Shown: positions 1 through 14,193 of the stretch, one piece after another
Layout: each line of letters begins with the position of its first letter
How positions within the stretch are numbered: position 1 is the stretch's first letter
Source: Malacoraja senta
Lineage: Eukaryota
NCBI GenBank assembly: GCA_038087875.1
Contig: CM075994.1
Coordinates: forward strand, 2,730,001 to 2,794,000
Length of the DNA: 64,000 bases
Direction of reading: 5' to 3'
The notes under the pieces: model-generated
The model's input: only the letters and a program-made list of their open reading frames with translations
Told to the model about the DNA's origin: nothing
Database searches by the model: none
Made by a program: the position numbers and the translations under genes

Positions 1-719
1 TCTGTTAAGGACCAAAAATTATCATGACATGGCCATAGCATGGGTCGTTATTGCTATTGGGACATAAACACTCTCGCTTCCCACATAATTTATCCACAAC
101 AAAATATACAGGTTGCAAGGAAATTTTTAAAGGCATTTTATGATAATAGCTATTAAAACCGACTATACCCATCTGACAAGAGATGGCCAAAGGACATCTG
201 CAGCAAATGTTCTTTTGGCAGTCTGTTTAAAGATGTCAAAACGCCACATTGCCGGTCATTCAGATTAGATGTATGTGTTGTGAACAGCAATAAAGATACC
301 CAGTTTGTACGCACCAGATTTAAAAAAAATTATTGATAAATGCCGTTTCCATCATTCCCACGTCAGAATTAACGTTAAAATTTCAACTGAAATATCTCCT
401 GACCAAATTTGTGATGTATATGACCGACTGTATAAGTAAAATCTGGATAAATCCAACGTATAGTCGTGAATGTTGCTCATTAAATAACTACAGGACTGAT
501 ACTCCATATTAAGAGCATTGATTTGCCGTTAAAATGAATTCTGTAATAATGTGACAATCGAACACTGCGGTTTTAATGTTTCACATGTTCACAATTTAAT
601 TAATCCATCTTTATGGATTAAAACAAATAATAACATTGGAAATTAAAACACATTTGATTGCTTTCCATTATCAAACATAGTCAATGTTCGCTCTGAAGAT
701 ATTTCCAGCACAGTAGGGT

Positions 720-1560
720 AAGGGGGGGGGGGTGAATCAGTGCGGGATGGATAGATGGCGGGGGGGGGGGGGGGGGTGGTGAGAAGGCAATCGGTGCGGA
801 ATGGATGGATTGAGGCAGGGGAATTAGTGCGTGTTGGTTGGAGTAGGTAAAATAGTGAGGGGAGAGCGCGGGGGATGTCAGCAGGGGTTGAATGGGGGGG
901 GGGGGGTCAGTACAGGATGGATGGGGGGGATCAGTGCAGGATGAATGGGGGGTGGATCAGTGCAGGATGAATGGGGGGTATCAGTACAGGATGGATGGGG
1001 GAAATCAATGCAGGATGAATGAGGGGGGGGCAGTATAGTGTGGATCGGGGGTCTGTGCAGGATAAATGGGAGAATCACTACAGCATGGATGGAGGATCAG
1101 TGCAGGATGGATGCAGGGATCAGTATAGGATGAATGGGGAGGGATCAGTACAGGATAAATCTGGAGGGATCAGTACAGGATGAATGGGGGGGGGGATCAG
1201 TAACAGATGAATGGGGAGATCACTACAGGATGGATGGGGGGGGTCGGTGCAGAATAAATGGAGCGGGGGGGTCAGTACAGGATGGATCGGGAGTTCAGTG
1301 CAGGATGAATGGGGGGTATCGGTACAGCATGAATGGGGGGAGCAGTGCAGGATGGATGGGAAGGGGGGGTCAGTACAGGATGAATTGGGGGTCCAGTGTA
1401 GGATGGTTGGGGGGTGGCAGGAGAATCAATGCGAGGTGGATAGGGAGATCAGTGCAGGATGAATAGATGGGGAGGGGAGCACAGGGGATGTCAGTGAAGA
1501 CTGAATAGAGGCGGGAATGGGGATCAGTGCGGGAGGGGGCGGGGGAGAGGGAGGTAGGTG
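720..1560 (+). repeat. Purine/G-rich minisatellite (about 21-25 bp unit, GGATCAGTRCAGGATGRATGGGG)
   Basis: Dozens of degenerate tandem copies with G-runs are visible directly. Confidence 0.85.
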
Positions 1561-3183
1561 GGGAGGAAGAAAGATCAGCGCTCCTCAGACAACACTGACG
1601 TAAACGCCCCTCTGCCTTGGCCGTCCCTGTCCACCGCCAAAGGGGGAGGCAGTTGGGAACTCCTCGCCACAGCCTCCCCTCCTCCGCCAGCCAACAGGAA
1701 GGTGCGGGCCAAGCGGTGCAGGTGCTTCAGAAGGGGGAAGGGGACTTCCCGCTCCCTCCCTGGCGTGAGGGTTTGTTTTGAAAGCGGTTATCGCCGTAGG
1801 CGGAGTGGCACGCAGCCCGCTATAAGGGCGGGCGGGGTGCTGGAGGTGGAGCCCGTCATTCGCTCCGACCCTCCCTCACCCCGCACTACAGCCGTCGCCG
1901 ACACGAAACGTCGCTTATTCCTTTTCTCCAGAGATGCTGCCTTACCCGCTGAGTTACACCGTTTTTTTGTGTCTATCTTCGGTATAAACCAGTATTTGCA
2001 GTGTCAAGCCGGGCAAAATGACACCAGTTTTAGGTTGCCCGGCGGGACTTTAGGTGGCCATTGGCAACCGTTAATTTTGAGCCCTGCATCGGCATTTTGT
2101 GAGTGGGTTGGACCCCAGCTTCAGCTCAATCAACATTGGTCACATTATCCGGACAGGCGGCAGGGGATCAGGAGCTGATGTGAGGCATCGGCGATGCTCT
2201 GGAATCCTAGTCAGCCACCGCTGAGCAGCGGGCCGAGGAGGCAGCGCCCAACCCGCGGAGTAGAGGTGTCAGTTCTTCCAGCGGCGAGGCTCCAGCTACC
2301 GCGGGCCGCTCACCTGTCGGGCGCCGACTCCTCGATCCCGGGATTCAACCACTCACAAAACGCCGGTGTACGACGAGGACAGTAAGAACACTCAGTTCAC
2401 TCAACGCAAACTTTAGATCATTTGTTCCTTGCGCCCGCGGAACTCTCCAGCACGGTCGAGACGAGGGGGTTCTGAAGTTGCATTCTCTCGATTGAGGACA
2501 TTTTCTCGACTCTCCTAGAAGCAACGAGCCATGGCTTTACCAATGGTTGTCTGTCTAACTGAAACCTCTCTCCCCAACCTCTCACCCTGTCCCCCACTTG
2601 CATCTGCCCCTTCTCTCTCGCTGTTACACCCTGCACTCCCTTGCTACCAGGCACCGCGTTCGCTTTTTTAATTCTCAAATGACCTTTGACAAATCCCATG
2701 ATTCCTTGCTTTTTTCAGAATACCGAACTGGCTTATTCTCGGTCACTAATGTTAAACAGCCTTAATCAAGGAATATAAAACACAGAAGCAGAAATAGGCC
2801 ATTCAGCCTCAACCTCATTCTGGCATTCAATAATAACATATTTTACCCCTGCACACTTTTCTTCACTAACCAAATATCTCAATTACCTCAATCTCTCAAA
2901 ATGTGTTGATCTCTATCCTGAATATATTCAAGAACTCAAATGGGATTGAACATGCATTAGTCCACAGTTGATGGGACAGATAATACCCACAGCTCTAGGA
3001 TGTAATGGGATGAACATACAATTGTGCTTGCAACACCTGACACCCTTGGAATACCACAAAACCATCAACTGGTTCCTGAAGCGCTTGATAGATTGATATC
3101 GAACACAGTTCCATTCTTTGACTAAGGTGAAACATTCAGCTGTAAATACTGGAGGATAAAAGAAAAAAAAACTTGTATACTAC

Positions 3184-3365
3184 CTTGTGAACCAACAGTA
3201 GAGTTAATTGCATATCCATTCACCAAAATGCTCTCCCTTTGGCTGCGTCCATGTGCCTTTAGCACGTTAACAGATTTGATCGGGTATCGAGCTTGGCCCT
3301 TGGCATCTGTGAATTTTACTGCCTGAACAGCATCCACCACCATATTGGCAAAGAAGTCTGCATCG
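3184..3365 (-). CDS. TCP1: TCP1 exon 6 (182 nt); later exons not found in the window
   Basis: [60 protein letters not shown](G). Frame is continuous with exon 5; GT donor at 3183. Confidence 0.96.
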
Positions 3366-4059
3366 CTGTATGTCAGGTCAAGGTTTGTAAGGATTGAGTT
3401 TAAAAAATAATAATAATACACCAAATTCAAAATTTATATAAATTATGGAAATATGTATTAAATATACTATTCCTCAATACCAGGTCAGATATGAACATGT
3501 TAGGCATAAAATGGCTGTGGATATTTGCATCATTTCTAACCCACACAAACCAAGCTGCCAACTTTTAGGGCTGCACAGTGGCGCAGGTGCTGGAACTGCT
3601 GCCTCAGTGCCAGGGATCAAGTTTCGATCCTGCCCTTGGGCGTGGAGTTTGCACGTTCTCCCTGTGACCATGTGGATTTTCTCCGGGTGCTCCGGTTTCT
3701 TCCCACGTCCTAGAGGATGTGCGGGTTTGTAGGTTAATTGCCACTAGTGAGTCGGGACAGTATGAAAAAGAGAGGATAACATAGAACTATTGTGAATAGG
3801 TGATTGATGACTGATGTGGACTTGGTGGGCTGAGGGCCTGCATCTCTAAACCAAACTAAACTGCTGGAGTTGTGGGAATCAACAGGCATACACGATATGT
3901 TGAAACATTACAGCAAATAGGTATTGGTTACTAACAATAAGGACAAGCTACTTTGTAAAAATCAGTCAAAATAAAAATAGAGCCACAATGCAACCTATAA
4001 CAGAACCATTTTGCACAGTGTGAAATCAACTGGGAATAAAAGTTACATAAAATGGCTCA

Positions 4060-4218
<159 letters not shown>

Positions 4219-5366
4219 TTACCTCAACTTTATTCAAAAGCATTTACAAAAGCAAAGAAGAAAACACCAATATATTTTTTTTTAAATCCAAATCTCAACA
4301 TGTGGCTGCACAGGTGAATTGTTTAGCCAAGGCGCAAAACATAAAACCAAGGATGTTGTGGTGCGATTTTATAAAACATTAGCTACATCTAACGCTCTGA
4401 TGCCATGTACAGGTCTGGTCGGCAAAGTAGGCAGGATATATTTCGACTGGGGATGGAGCGGCTGAGATTCACGAGGACATTTCAGTTACAAATAGGGATA
4501 GGCTGGGGCCGTCTCCATTGCCGTAGGGGTGGCTGAGGAGACCCAAAAGGGGCATATATAATTATGAGGCAGGCGGGGGGGTCGATAGAAGATAAAACGG
4601 TGCAACCACAGGAACAGACCGCCTCTGAACCATATACCTATAACCTTAAATCTATGACTTCTTCTCTTAGACACCCTTCGGTCAACATTTTTTGGTATTG
4701 ATCTTATCGAAAGAGCCACGATGCGTCCGTTTGGTTGGGCATTTGATTTGCCAGCGTACCCTTTGCCCATGATGTCTGTGCTGACCATAATGCCAAACTA
4801 AACTAATCCCATGTGCAGGAAGGAACTGCAGATGCTGGTTTAAATCGAAGAGACACAAAATGCTGGAGTAACTCAGCGGGATAGGCAGCATCTCCGGAGA
4901 GAAGGAATGGGTGGCTGGGTCTGCTTAGTTAAGACATAGTAAAAATCTTTGTCCCACCTGTGTCTAAGATAAGAGGTCATAGATTTAAGAAGGGAGGTGC
5001 ATGGTTTGTAGGGGACTCAGAGTTGGAGGTATTTCCACATAGGTGTTGGACTGTGGAATGTACCACCTGAATAGGTGGAGGAGACAGGAACACTTACAAC
5101 ATTCAAGCAGCATTTAAAGTAGTTGAATCTTCAAGGCATGGAAGGCTAAGAAGGCTAGGAAGGCAAATGAGATTAGCATAGATAGATAAAACTGACAGGA
5201 AGACAAAGTGGGCTGAAAGTCCCGTTTCTATGCTGTACAACTGCTACTGAAATGTTCATCAGGTCCAGGGTTTCCTCGTTTCCTCTCTCCTTTCTTAAAT
5301 AGTGGGGTTCTATCTGCTCCCTTTTGCACTCGAACAATCCCACAGTTTAGAGTTAACTACATAAAC

Positions 5367-5496
5367 ATCTGTATTGCCATATAATTCCTTGCAGAAATAA
5401 ATTCAGCACAATATTGTGAATGGCAATATTTCTCTCCCCACAAACAATAACTAGCAAGTCACCACACAAGTCGAGCTAGCCAAACGAAGTGGGTTT
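5367..5496 (-). ncRNA. Box H/ACA snoRNA candidate in TCP1 intron 4 (SNORA29/SNORA20-like)
   Basis: Sense to TCP1, about 130 nt. Hairpin 1 is closed by CCCAC/GTGGG, followed by H box AGAGAA (5435-5430). Hairpin 2 is closed by TATTGCCAT/ATGGCAATA, followed by ACA (5372-5370) plus 3 nt. Human TCP1 is a known host of SNORA20 and SNORA29. Confidence 0.75.
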
Positions 5497-5614
5497 AATA
5501 ATTTTCAATTATTTATCAAATTTTTCAAGTGGACATGATTCAGCAATACAAATGTCCAGATAAAAATTCAGCTATATTTGGTTTAGAATCACGAATAAAA
5601 ACTGAGGCTATATA

Positions 5615-5788
5615 AAGTGCCCTCCATAATGTTTGGGACAAAGACCCGTAATTTATTTATTTGCCTCTGTACTCCACAATTTGAGATTTGTAATAGAAAA
5701 AAAATCACATGTGGTTAAAGTGCACATAGTCAGATTTTATTAAAGGGTATTTTTTATACATTTTGGTCTCACCGTGTAGATATTAACG
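5615..5788. mobile_element. Isolated Tc1 terminal inverted repeat fragment
   Basis: TA|(c)AGTGCCCTCCATAATGTTTGGGACAAAGAC... is the near reverse complement of the Tc1 end at ~55460-55626. Confidence 0.75.
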
Positions 5789-6272
5789 GCCATGGAGGCG
5801 CAGCGGTAGAGTTGCTGCCTTACTGTGCTGGAGACCAGGGTTCAATCCCAACTACGGGTGCTGTCTGTACGGAGTTTGTAAGTTTTCCCTGTGGGTTTTC
5901 TCCGAGATTTTCCGTTTCATTCCACACTCCAAAGACGTACAGGTATGTAGGTTAATTGGCTTGGAGTATGTATAATTTGTCCCTAGTCTGTGTAGGATAG
6001 TGTTAATGTGCGGGGATGGTTGGTCGGTGCAGACTCGGTGGGCCAAAGGGCCTGTTTCCGCACTGTATCTCTAAACTAAACTAGTTGGTCCGAAGGCCTG
6101 TTTCCATGCTGTATAATTCTTGACTCAGGAATAGGGCCAGCAATTATTTTAACAGCTTGCAAATTATAGAGCTTGTTAATAGCTAGTTAAAATCTACGTA
6201 TACTGTAAGCTACATAAATTACACAGCCTGCATCTGATCGACTAATTTATTACCTCTTCAGTCAGAACTTAC

Positions 6273-6370
6273 TTGCAAGCAAGACGATAACCACTAATGA
6301 TTGATGTTGGATGAATTTTCTGTTTGACCAATTCATCTGCACCCTTCAAAAGCTCTGCAGCAATAATAAC
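6273..6370 (-). CDS. TCP1: TCP1 exon 4 (98 nt)
   Basis: VIIAAELLKGADELVKQKIHPTSIISGYRLAC(K). CAG acceptor, GTAAGT donor. Confidence 0.97.
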
Positions 6371-7559
6371 CTGCATTAAGAACAATGGATTGTAAATCGT
6401 AAGTAACGACGATTCTCCCCATGGTCAAAAACAAACAGCAAATTCAAAGACAGACATATCTAACCCACATACAAAATTAAGATCCTGGAAATGCTTTTAA
6501 GTACAGTGTGTACAATAAAGGCAGGGTTAAGTCCAGAAATGTGCTCTACCATCAATTACACAGCTGATTATTTACTTGGACACCACCTTCTCGCATTAAT
6601 ATTTCTTGAACCTCTTAATATCTAAAAATGTACCAGTCTCTCTTGAAAAAAATACAGTAGCTGTGACCCCACTGTGCTCTTCAGCGGACAATTCCAGAGA
6701 ATCACTATTCTCCCAGTGAAGAAATGTTTCTTTCCTGAAAGGCCAGATCCCTATTTCAGAGTAATGAAGCATTGAAAGAGGCCCCTCGACCCATAATGCC
6801 CATGCAAAATGAGTAAGCACCCACACAAATCCCAATTACCAGCACTTGCTCAGCAGATTTCTCTGCCCTGGTAATTTAAATAATTAAATAGATACTTCCC
6901 AAATGTTGAGAGATCCCACTTTCAACAACCACAGATGTTCCAGATTTTAACTACTGCTCCCTCAGATCATCTTTACACCTCTTACCCCAAACATAGATCC
7001 TCTATTTCTTAACACCTCCACCTCCTCTGTTCCATAGAAAACACGTACAGCAGAGTCCATTTGTTCATCAATACTCCCCAGGGGCCTACCATTCCTGATG
7101 CATTTTCTCACCCTCATTCATTATCCCCAAGTGCTTCACCTTGCATTGATCAGGATTAAATTCTATCTGCCATTGTTCTGCCCATTTTGCCAAATGTTCC
7201 TGTAACCCAACTCCACCCTCCTCACTATCGACATCCCAGCTTCGATCCCTGCAGTACATACTGGTCATAGACTACAATCACAAACAATCCGCTACCATCA
7301 CATTCACCCTCCCATCACCCACTTTGCATCCATTTTGCCTTGGATCTCATTCTCTATTGGACCAATCTCCATGGGCGACCTCGATTTTCCCACAAATACA
7401 TGCTGACCATCTTTGATTAATCCCCAATTTTCCAAATGGAGATTAATCACATATCTCAGGATTTTTTCCAATATTTTCTCTGCCACTGATGTTGCGACTC
7501 AGTTACTAGGTCCATCCCTGCTGGCTTTCTAGAATAAATGGTAATTAATTTCATTTTCC

Positions 7560-8600
7560 TAAAATAAATAAGTTAGCATTTATGTGTAACTTACTTTTTA
7601 TTAGACTCAAGGTCCAGATAAAAGACAAGACATAACATAGAATAAATAGCATACAAAAGCACAATAAATTACATACAAAAGCACAGTAAATTTACAAAAG
7701 CACACTAAATTACACACAAAAGCACAATACATGGTTTAAGATCAAGAATTAAAATTAAAAAAACAGTGTCCTACAATGAGACAACTATACCAATGTCTCC
7801 ACAACTGGGATTGGTAGCGAGTAGTGCTAAACCTTATGTTTGATAAGGCCAAGATGATTTCATTTTCAGCCATTAATCTGGCAAATAAATGTATACATAA
7901 GATTTCTTAAGACAGTTTGTAAAGTATTGACTCCTGCAGCCACAAACATTTCACTTGCACTACACCATCTAGGTCTCTTAAGTAATATTTTCATGGCATC
8001 ATTATAAGCTACTTTAAGTCTCTGTAAGCTTGCTTTTCTGTTGTTTGACCATAGGTGTGCAGTATAGAGTGGTGTACAATATGCTCTGAACAGAGACCTC
8101 TTCACTCCATCTGTACACGCACTAAACTTGCCTAAGAGAATGTTTGCTTGTGCATACAGCGTTGCTTTAAATATCCTCATCATCTGTTCTATAATACAAT
8201 GTCCGATATTCTACCTTATTACAGACACTAAGATCATTATCAGACAATTTAAAATCATCTTTTCACATTTATCCTCTTTGTCCTACAGATCATAACAGCA
8301 CTCTTACCAGCATTACATTCAATATCATGTTCCACACCATACACAGAACATATAGTATGGAGCTGCTGGAGACCAGCGCTAGATGGATTAAAGACCACAA
8401 GATCTGCATACATAACATGGTTCACTAGAGTATTACCAATCATGCACCCAGTATTACAGGCTTTCAATTGCTTGCACAGATCATCAATAAAGAGATTAAA
8501 AAGAACTGGGGGCAACTGGGGGCAAAATTCCCCCTTGTCTGACACCATTGCTAACTCAAAATGGGGCTGAGACCCTTTTGCCCCATTTTACTTGCAGTCT
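7560..8600 (-). mobile_element. Degenerate non-LTR retrotransposon 3' fragment (RTEX-like)
   Basis: Broken RT ORFs (LFNLFIDDL..., HVMYADLVV, LYAQANILLGKF...LFRAYCTPLY) with frameshifts. Clade assigned from memory of motif style. Confidence 0.65.
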
Positions 8601-8664
8601 GGTGGGCATTGCGTAATTCTCATATTCTCACAAATTCATCATGTAATATATTACATTCACAAGA

Positions 8665-11369
8665 ATATAACCATATAAGCACGGAAACAGGCCATTTTTT
8701 TTTAATTTTTTTTTTTATAATTAAAAATAAATACTTCCCCCTAGTCCCATCTACCTGCACTCAGACCATAACCCTTTCCCATCCATATACCCATCCAATC
8801 TATTTTTAAAGGATAACATCGAACCTGCCTCCACCACTTCCACTGGAAGCTCATTCCACACAGCTACCACTCTCTGAGTAAAGAAGTTCCCCCTAATGTT
8901 CCCCCTAAACTTCTGTCCCTTAATTCTCAAGTCATGTCCCCTTGTTTGAATCTTCCCTACTCTCAATGGGAAAAGCTTATCCACGTCCACTCTGTCTAAC
9001 CCACTCATAATTTTAAAGACCTCTATCAAGTCCCCTCTTAACCTTCTGCGCTCCAAAGAATAAAGACCTAACTTGTTCAACCTTTCTCTGTAACTTAGTT
9101 GCTGAAACCCAGGCAACATTCTAGTAAATCTCCTCTGTACTCTCTATTTTGTTGACATCCTTCCTATAATTAGGTGACCAAAATTGTACTCCATACTCCA
9201 GAATTGGCCTCACCAATGCCTTGTACAATTTTAACATTACATCCCAACTTCTATATTCAATGCTCTGATTTATAAAGGCCAGCACACCAAAAGCTTTCTT
9301 TACCACCCTATCTACATGAGATTCCACCTTCAGGGAACTATGCACAGTTATTCCTAGATCCCTCTGTTCAACTGCATTCCTCAATTCGCTACCATTTACC
9401 GTGTACGTCCTATTTTGATTTGTCCTGCCGAGATGTAGCACCTCACATTTGTCAGCATTAAACTCCATCTGCCATCTTTCAGCCCACTCTTCCAAATGGC
9501 CTAAATCTCTCTGTAGACTTTGAAAATCTACTTCATTATCCACAACACCACCTATCTTAGTATCATCTGCATACTTACTAATCCAATTTTCCACACCATC
9601 ATCCAGATCATTGATGTACATGACAAACAACAGTGGACCCAACACAGACCCCTGAGGCACGCCACTAGTCACCGGCCTCCAACCTGACAAACAGCCATCC
9701 ACCATTACTCTCTGGCATCTCCCATTCAGCCACTGTTGAATCCATCTTGCTACTCCACCATTAATACCCAACAATTGAATCTTCTTAACCAACCTTCCAT
9801 GAGGAACCTTGTCAAAGGCCTTACTGAAGTCCTTATAGACAGCATCCAGTGCTTTACCCTCATCAATTTCCCTAGTAACCTCTTCGAAAAATTCAAGAAG
9901 TTTAGTCAAGCATGACCTTCCAGGCACAAATCCATGTTGACTGTTCCTAATCAGACCCTGCTTATCCAGATGCTTATATTATCTTTAAGTATCCTTTCCA
10001 TTAATTTGCCCACCACTGACGTCAAACTAACAGGTCTATAATTGCTAGGTTTACTCCTCGAACCCTTTTTAAACAACGGAACAACATGCGCAGTACGCCA
10101 ATCCTCCGGCACTATTCCCGTTTCTAATGACATTTGAAATATTTCTGTCATAGCCCCTGCTATTTCTACACTAACTTCCCTCAATGTCCTAGGGAATATC
10201 CTGTCAGGACCTGGAGACTTATCCGTTTTCATATTTTTCAAAAGTGTTCGCACCTCCTCTTCTTTGAATCTCAGTTTCCATTGCTACTCTGCTTGTTTCC
10301 CTTACCTCACATAATTCCATATCCTTCTCCTTGGTGAATACCGAAGAAAATAAATTGTTCAATATCTCCCCCATCTCTTTTGGCTCTGCAGATAGCTGTC
10401 CACTCTGACTCTCTAATGGACCAATTTTATTCCTTGGTATCCTTTTGCTATTAATATAGCTGTAGAAACCCTTTGGATTTACTTTCACCTTACTTGCCAA
10501 AGCAACCTCATATCTTCTTTTAGCTTTTCTAATTTCTTTCTTAATATTCTTTTTACATTCTTTATACTCCTCAAGCACCTAATTTACTCCATGCTGCCTA
10601 TAATTATTGTAGATCTCTCTCTTTTTCCGAACCAATTGTCCAATTTCCCTTGAAAACCATGGCTCTTTCCATTTTTTACTATTTCCTTTCAACCGAACAG
10701 GGACATAAAGATTCTGTACTCTTAAAATTTCACCCTTAAATGTCCTCCATTTTTCTTCTACATCCTTCCCATAAAACAACATGTCCCAATTCACTCCTTT
10801 TAAATCCTTTCGCATCTCCTCAAAGTTAGCCTTTCTCCAAACAAAAATCTCAACCCTAGGTCCAGTTCTGACCCTCTCCATAATTATATTGAAACTAATG
10901 GTATTGTGATCACTGGACCCGAAGTGCTCCCCGACGCATACCTCCGCCACCTGCCCCGTCTCATTTCCTAACAGGAGGTCCAGCACTGCCCCTTCTCTAG
11001 TAGGTACCTCTATGTATTGCTGCAAAAAACTATCTTGCACACATTTTACAAACTCCAAACCATCCAGCCCTTTTACAGAATGTGTTTCCCAGTCTATGTG
11101 TGGAAAATTGAAATCTCCCACAATCACTACCTTGTGCGTACTACTAATATCTGCTATCTCCTTACATATTTGCTCTTCCAATTCTCACTCCCCATTTGGC
11201 GGTCTATAATACACCCCTATAAGTGTTGCTACACCTTTCCGATTTCTCAGTTCCACCCAAATAGCCTCCCTAGACGAGCCCTCTAATCTATCCTGCCAAA
11301 GCACTGCTGTAATATCTTCCTTGACAAGCAATGCAACACCCCCACCTCTTGCCCCTCCAATTCTATCAC
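8665..11369 (-). mobile_element. 5'-truncated CR1 LINE (endonuclease C-terminus + RT), frameshifted
   Basis: ORFs 11181-10579 (VGDFNFPHIDW, SDH), 10253-9951, 9927-9121 (SGVPQGSVLGP, YADD), 9119-8751 (CR1 tail LYSLERRRLRGDLIE). Confidence 0.93.
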
Positions 11370-11555
11370 TAATGTACTAATTTCCCAGAATTAGTTAAAT
11401 CTCTGAATCTTGGAACTTACTGATAACCTATCCCACAGCAACCCCTACCCCAGTTCAAAGTAAAATAGCCAAATCAAACATATTTCAGAAAAATTAACAT
11501 ATTTCAGACTTTGTTGAATGTTTAAACAGATCAACACCTGATAAAAAACACTCAC

Positions 11556-11684
11556 CACTGATGTTGTGCCATCTCCTACTTCATTGTCCTGAAGATCAGC
11601 TAGTTCACATAATACCTTGGCAGCTGGATGCTCTACCTCAAGCAGCTTCAGAATTGTGGCTCCATCATTGGTGATGGTGACATC
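11556..11684 (-). CDS. TCP1: TCP1 exon 3 (129 nt)
   Basis: [43 protein letters not shown], with the TNDG and GDGTTS ATP-binding motifs. CAG acceptor, GTGAGT donor. Confidence 0.97.
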
Positions 11685-13072
11685 CTGCACAGGATCAGAA
11701 ATATATACAATTTGGAAATATGCCCAAAAATTCAATATTTCATTCCCTGAGATACTTTTAAAAACTTATTTTCATTGCTATCATAAACATTTTTAAGGGC
11801 AGCACAGCCAATAGAACTGCCGTCCTACAGCAGAGACTTTTGCGTGGAGTTTGCATGTTCTCCGTGTGCGTGTTTGTAGGTTAAATGACTTCCACAAAAA
11901 GCCTCTAATGCGTAGGGATTAGATGAGAAAGTGGGACAGCATAGAACAGGTGTGAATGGGTGTTAAATAGTCAGCATGTACCATCTGTTTCCATGCTGAA
12001 TCTTTCAATCAGTCACTAATCACAGAATCAATTTAATTTACATAGTGCTGCTACTGAAAGCAATTAAACATTTACTTTCTCTCAGAATTTTGCATATATT
12101 CTGAAACAACCCCGTCAAAGGGCCCTGTCCCAAAACATTGCACCCCCCCCCCCCAAGACGCGCCTGACCCAGAGTTCCTGCGGCTGCTTTTGCTCAAGAT
12201 TCCAGCCTCTGCAGGCACAATCTCATCAGATGCCAAAGATCAGGATGTTATACTGACCAAAGAGCTATAGGATCTTTGATTCTGACCAACAAGTCGTAAA
12301 GCACACGTTTCCCCAATTTTCTCTCTTCCAGTTATGTCCAACGGTGCTATTAAGCACACCAATTCCTAATGCATGTATTTTAGTTCATTGAGTTTAAAAA
12401 ATCAAGCAAAATCCACACGGTCACTGGGAGAACGTGCAAATTCCACACAGACAGCACACAAGGAACTTGGGTCTCTGGCACTGAGGCAGCAGCTCTACTA
12501 GCTGCGCCACTATGTTACTTTCATCAATAATTACAGTATTACAGTTACATTTAATAAGAAGCTTCAAAAATCTGAAAAGACTTGGCAGCAGTCTGCATCT
12601 GCAAGAAGAGAAACATTTCAGTTGTTGATCCATGATCAGAACAGAAAGGGAACTGATAAAAGTGTAACATATCCTCCTTGTGATTACTCAACCTAGGTAA
12701 AATCTGAAATCTTCGGATTTAACTACCAGAAACAGATCCCCGGGGAAAATGAACTTTGTAAATATTTTATTTTAAAGAAAACAAGGCACAGAAAACCAGA
12801 GATCTTTAAAAATTAAACCTTGGACTCTCACCATCAATGCTCTTCCCAACAACGTTCTGCAAATCAACCTAAAAATAGGGGCATAACCTCTCCGCAGCTC
12901 AGCCTTGGCCACCGTGATACTCTCCACCCTTCCCCTGCCCAGCCCTCAAGCATCCATCCTCTTCCCTCGCCCCAACTGTAGCCATCCCTCCTCCAACCTA
13001 TACACTTTCTCCCTTCCTCATTCAATCCCTTTGCCAATTAGACTATACAAAAAGATAATATATTCTACTTAC

Positions 13073-13158
13073 ACCAATATCATCCACCAACATTTTATCC
13101 AAACCAACTGGCCCCAAGGAGCTTTTCACAATGTTGGCAATAGAAGCTGCTGCCATCA
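13073..13158 (-). CDS. TCP1: TCP1 exon 2 (86 nt)
   Basis: Encodes (V)MAAASIANIVKSSLGPVGLDKMLVDDIG, the chaperonin signature. AG acceptor, GTAAGT donor, phase consistent with exon 1. Confidence 0.97.
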
Positions 13159-13311
13159 CTAAAATAAAACATAAATAACAGTGCAAAATAGCAAATTAGA
13201 ATAAACTTTCAAATGATAATCATCATCACTTCAGCATTACTGCCCATTCAACTGTTCCATACCAGTACAACAAATAAAACGCAGAAAAGAAAAAAGTGCT
13301 GGAGTAACTAA

Positions 13312-13831
13312 AGGGGCTGTCCCACTTGGGCGACTTAATTGGCTAGTTTAGAAGAGTTTAGGAGAGTTTGAAAAAATGTCATGTTGAAGACCTTCTTCGA
13401 CTATGTAGAAGACCTCCTTCGACTGTTGAAGACTAGCTTCGACTAACTTCGGGAAAATTGGACACCGAATAGTGGAGAGTGAAGACGACCTCCTTCGATC
13501 TCCTTTAACCTCCATTAGACCATGATGAAGACTATCTACGACTACCCTCGATTACCTACGACTAACATGCAGACCTGCTATGACTAAACCTACGAGTAAA
13601 AAAAGTATCGATTTTTTCCATGGCGACCTTTTTTTACTCGCGGGCATTTCTTAACATGTTGAAAAATACGCCGCGACCTAGCTGAGGCCTCGAGTACACG
13701 GGAACTACTCTCGAGCATGAAGGAGAGTTACAAAGGCCTCCTACGACCTCGTGTCGACCATGCTGCGAGTATCAGTCGAGGGCAAACTCGCCAGAACTCG
13801 TGGATTAGGTCGCCCAAGTGGGACAGGCCCT
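13312..13831. mobile_element. PIF/Harbinger-type MITE (520 bp) inserted into a SINE
   Basis: TIRs AGGGGCTGTCCCACTTGGGCGAC / GTCGCCCAAGTGGGACAGGCCCT with TAA duplicated at 13309-13311 and 13832-13834. Removing it restores the SINE motif GGAGTAAC-TAA-GCAGGTCAGGC. Confidence 0.85.
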
Positions 13832-14193
13832 TAAGCAGGTCAGGCGGCATCCCATGAGAAAATGGATAGGTGATTTTCAGGCAGAGACCCTTTTTTAAAC
13901 TAATTGGGGGAAGGGCGGAGAGAAGAAAACTGGAAGGGGGTGTGTGGCAGGACAAAGCGTGGAAGGTTTGGGCAGACAGTGGCTTTGTCCCTGCCTCTCC
14001 TCAAGCTTTTTTCCCCCGCACCCCATCCCTATAATGTCTGAAGAAGTCCCGACCCAAAACGTCTCCAATCTATGTTCACCAGGGATGCTGTTTGACCTGC
14101 TGTTACTCCAGCACTTATTGTGCTTTTTTCTGTATTAATTCAAGTGTTCAGATTTCAGCTGCAGTGGCGAAATTCTAGAGCACATTAAGATTA

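Noticed and set aside
878..2385. Short ORFs in the G-rich and GC-rich region
   Set aside because: Low-complexity or repeat-derived. No domain recognised, and none matches TCP1 exon 7.
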